Source: Candidatus Saccharimonadota bacterium
Lineage (GTDB): Bacteria; Pseudomonadota; Gammaproteobacteria; Enterobacterales; Enterobacteriaceae
Direction: 5' to 3'
NCBI GenBank assembly: GCA_041942055.1
Contig: CP145874.1
Span: 420,001-452,000 of the forward strand
Length of the DNA: 32,000 bases
Below, piece after piece: positions 29,690-32,000 of the stretch. Positions within the stretch are counted from its first letter, which is position 1. The number at the start of each line of letters is the position of its first letter. The notes beneath the pieces are model-generated. The model was not told where the DNA came from. It did not search any database and saw only the letters and a list, made by a program, of their open reading frames with translations. Position numbers and translations under genes: made by a program.

Positions 29690-30883
29690 ATGAACTTACA
29701 TGAATATCAGGCAAAGAAATTATTGCGAGAGTACGGTTTGCCAATTCCAGTTGGTTATGTATGTACCAATTCTGATGAAGCAGTAAAATTAGCTAGTAAA
29801 ATTGGTAAAGCACCATGGGTTGCTAAATGCCAAATTCATTCTGGAGGTCGTGGAAAAGCAGGAGCAGTAAAAATCATAACCAATAAAAATGATCTTATAA
29901 ATTTCACTAAACAGTGGTTGGGTTCTCGTTTGAGAACATATCAAACTAGTGAATATGGACAACCCATTAATCAAATACTTATTGAAGCGGCCACTACAAT
30001 TCACCAAGAACTATATTTATCAGTGATTATTGATCGTGGTATATCGGGTATTACAGTCATAGCTTCTACTAAAGGAGGAATAAATATTGAAAAAATAGCT
30101 AAAGAAACGCCGCATTTATTGCACAAGATAATAATTGATCCTCTTATAGGTGCACAACCTTTTCAAGCCCGTATACTGGCATTTAAAATAGGACTTACAG
30201 GAAATTTAATTATTCAATTCGTCAGTATTGTGATGAAATTAGTAAAATTATTTATTAAATGTGATTTAGTTTTAGCCGAGATTAATCCCTTAGTAATTAC
30301 GACAGAAAATGATCTCCTCTGCCTTGATGCTAAGTTTATTTTAGATAGTAATGCTTTATTTAGACAATTAGAACTAGCTAATCAAAAAGATCTTAATCAA
30401 GAGGATCCTATTGAGGCATATGCTGCACAATGGCAACTAAATTATGTGGCTCTAAAAGGCAATATAGGTTGTATGGTAAATGGGGCTGGTTTAGCTATGG
30501 CTACTATGGATCTTATTCAACTTTATGGAGGTGAAGCTGCTAATTTCTTAGATGTTGGAGGTGCAATAACTAAAGAAAGAGTTACTGAAGCATTTAAAAT
30601 AATATTATCCGATCCAAAGGTGCAAGCTATACTAGTAAATATTTTTGGAGGTATTGTGAGTTGTGATTTAATTGCTGAAGGAATTATAAAAGCAGTATCA
30701 GAAGTTGCAATTAAAATTCCATTAGTAGTTCGTTTAGAAGGTAATCAATCCGAAATAGGTGCACGTAAAATTTTACTTAGTAATATGAGTATTATAGTAG
30801 CATCTAGTTTAACTCAAGCAGTTAAATTAGTAATTTCAGCAACTACTAAAAAACCTTCTATAGATAAAATAGGTGTAAAATAA
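29690..30883 (+). CDS. sucC: Succinyl-CoA synthetase beta subunit
   Basis: [23 protein letters not shown].. with [15 protein letters not shown] and VNIFGGIV. Colinear with E. coli SucC. Its stop overlaps the sucD ATG (TAATG). Confidence 0.96.
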   Translation: MNLHEYQAKKLLREYGLPIPVGYVCTNSDEAVKLASKIGKAPWVAKCQIHSGGRGKAGAVKIITNKNDLINFTKQWLGSRLRTYQTSEYGQPINQILIEAATTIHQELYLSVIIDRGISGITVIASTKGGINIEKIAKETPHLLHKIIIDPLIGAQPFQARILAFKIGLTGNLIIQFVSIVMKLVKLFIKCDLVLAEINPLVITTENDLLCLDAKFILDSNALFRQLELANQKDLNQEDPIEAYAAQWQLNYVALKGNIGCMVNGAGLAMATMDLIQLYGGEAANFLDVGGAITKERVTEAFKIILSDPKVQAILVNIFGGIVSCDLIAEGIIKAVSEVAIKIPLVVRLEGNQSEIGARKILLSNMSIIVASSLTQAVKLVISATTKKPSIDKIGVK

Positions 30884-31782
30884 TGTCAATTTTAATTGAT
30901 AAAAATACTAAAGTTATTTGTCAAGGAATAACGGGTAAGCAAGGAACCATACATTGTTCACATGCTTTGGTTTATGGTACAAAAATTGTCGCCGGAGTTA
31001 CACCTGGCAAAGGTGGAAAATCACATCTAGGTTTGCCTATATTTAATACAGTAGCCGAAGCTGTACAAAGCACTGGAGCTATTGCTTCCGTTATATATGT
31101 ACCTGCTCAATTTTGTAAGGATAGTATCTTAGAAGCTATTGATAGTGGTATTAAATTAATCATCACCATTACTGAAGGTATTCCCATTCATGATATGTTA
31201 ATAATTAAAAGAAAGCTAGAGCAAACTAACATCTGTATGATTGGTCCAAATTGTCCAGGAGTAATAACTCCCGGAGAATGTAAAATAGGTATTATGCCTA
31301 GTGAAATTCATCAAGCTGGTATTGTAGGAATTATATCTCGATCTGGTACTTTAACTTATGAAGTTGTTAAACAAATCACTGATGCGGGGTATGGTCAATC
31401 TACTTGTGTAGGGATAGGAGGAGATCCTATTTCTGGAACAGATTTTAAATCTATTTTAAAGCTTTTTGAAAATGATCCACAAACTAAGATAATGGTCATG
31501 ATTGGTGAAATTGGAGGTATTGCTGAAGAACAAGCGTCTGAATACATCCAGGACCATATTACTAAACCGATAATTGCTTATATTGCTGGGATAACGGCAC
31601 CTAAAGGTAAACGCATGGGTCATGCAGGAGCAATAATATCAAATGGTGAAGGAAATGCAGATCAAAAAATAGCTTTGCTTGAAAAGGTAGGAGTAATTGT
31701 TATTCGTAATCTTACTCAAATTGGTGAAACTATAAAAAATACATTGGCTTTACAAACTGCTGTGAATAATTTGAATAAATAG
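30883..31782 (+). CDS. sucD: Succinyl-CoA synthetase alpha subunit
   Basis: [15 protein letters not shown] is identical to the E. coli SucD N-terminus. It has SRSGTLTYE and the phospho-His motif GHAGAII. Confidence 0.97.
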   Translation: MSILIDKNTKVICQGITGKQGTIHCSHALVYGTKIVAGVTPGKGGKSHLGLPIFNTVAEAVQSTGAIASVIYVPAQFCKDSILEAIDSGIKLIITITEGIPIHDMLIIKRKLEQTNICMIGPNCPGVITPGECKIGIMPSEIHQAGIVGIISRSGTLTYEVVKQITDAGYGQSTCVGIGGDPISGTDFKSILKLFENDPQTKIMVMIGEIGGIAEEQASEYIQDHITKPIIAYIAGITAPKGKRMGHAGAIISNGEGNADQKIALLEKVGVIVIRNLTQIGETIKNTLALQTAVNNLNK

Positions 31783-31788
31783 AAGAGA

Positions 31789-31863
31789 CGGTGCGGACGG
31801 GATTTGAACCCGCGACCCCCGGCGTGACAGGCCGGTATTCTAACCAAACTGAACTACCGCACC
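31789..31863 (-). tRNA. aspT: tRNA-Asp (anticodon GUC)
   Basis: The reverse complement is GGTGCGGTAGTTCAGTTTGGTTAGAATACCGGCCTGTCACGCCGGGGGTCGCGGGTTCAAATCCCGTCCGCACCG. It closely matches E. coli tRNA-Asp. The 3' flank is TCT, so CCA is not encoded. Confidence 0.93.
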
Positions 31864-31945
31864 TTCGTTATTTATTCCTTCTTTTTTCTATGTCTATTAT
31901 TACTACTCTCTATTTTTAGAAATTTTATTTAGATAAAAATTAATA

Positions 31946-32000
31946 TTGCCAGACAGCTACCTGCTCTCACACGAAAAAACTTTCGTACTACCCTAGGCGC
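31946..32000 (-). rRNA. rrf: 5S rRNA, 3' portion only (continues beyond the window edge)
   Basis: The reverse complement GCGCCTAGGGTAGTACGAAAGTTTTTTCGTGTGAGAGCAGGTAGCTGTCTGGCAA aligns with the E. coli 5S 3' half GCGCCGAUGGUAGUGUGGGGUCUCCCCAUGCGAGAGUAGGGAACUGCCAGGCAU. The helix IV/V hairpin has been replaced by compensatory AT-rich pairs. The 5S-then-tRNA-Asp order matches the distal ends of several E. coli rrn operons. The exact 3' end is uncertain by about 2 nt. Confidence 0.8.

Noticed and set aside
1-32000. Mobile elements, prophage, CRISPR arrays, toxin-antitoxin or defence islands, long direct or inverted repeats, and DnaA-box clusters.
   Set aside because: Reading both strands, I found no transposase, integrase or phage-like ORF, no repeat-spacer periodicity and no consensus TTATCCACA cluster. 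Every ORF longer than 100 aa except one has a housekeeping E. coli orthologue in conserved order. I therefore do not claim a novel multi-gene system here.

Overview
This window is AT-rich (roughly 30% GC by eye) and has almost no spacer. It looks like part of a reduced Enterobacterales chromosome, most plausibly an obligate insect endosymbiont of the Blochmannia type. That lineage call comes from remembered gene content and composition, not from a search. I can support 29 protein-coding ORFs (27 with clear E. coli homologues), 4 tRNAs and the 3' part of a 5S rRNA. The gene order is lon-clpX-clpP-tig (-), cyoABCD (+), cspE (+), then tRNA-Met/Leu/Gln followed by miaB-ybeY-leuS-holA-lipB-lipA (-), glnS (+), fldA-ybfF (-), ybgI (+), a two-ORF membrane cassette (-), sdhCDAB-sucABCD (+), and tRNA-Asp plus 5S rRNA (-). 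This matches E. coli K-12 synteny, with whole gene blocks removed flush to the neighbouring gene boundaries: ampG-yajG-bolA, cyoE, ybeD..nadD, lptE, lnt-corC, ybeZ, ubiF/asnB/nag, fur, seqA-pgm and others, and gltA. I see no mobile element, CRISPR array, defence island or large repeat, and no convincing novel multi-gene system. Five items are most worth a second look. (i) A non-syntenic DsbB-like ORF with an atypical second cysteine pair, plus an upstream 2-TM mini-ORF, sits where gltA would be. (ii) The LeuRS CP1 editing motif GHDxxD is replaced. (iii) A 4-codon ATG-AAA-AAA-AAA-TGA relay ORF bridges sdhA and sdhB. (iv) cyoE is absent at a synteny breakpoint. (v) Three of four tRNA genes lack an encoded CCA, and several essential genes carry long in-frame homopolymer tracts.
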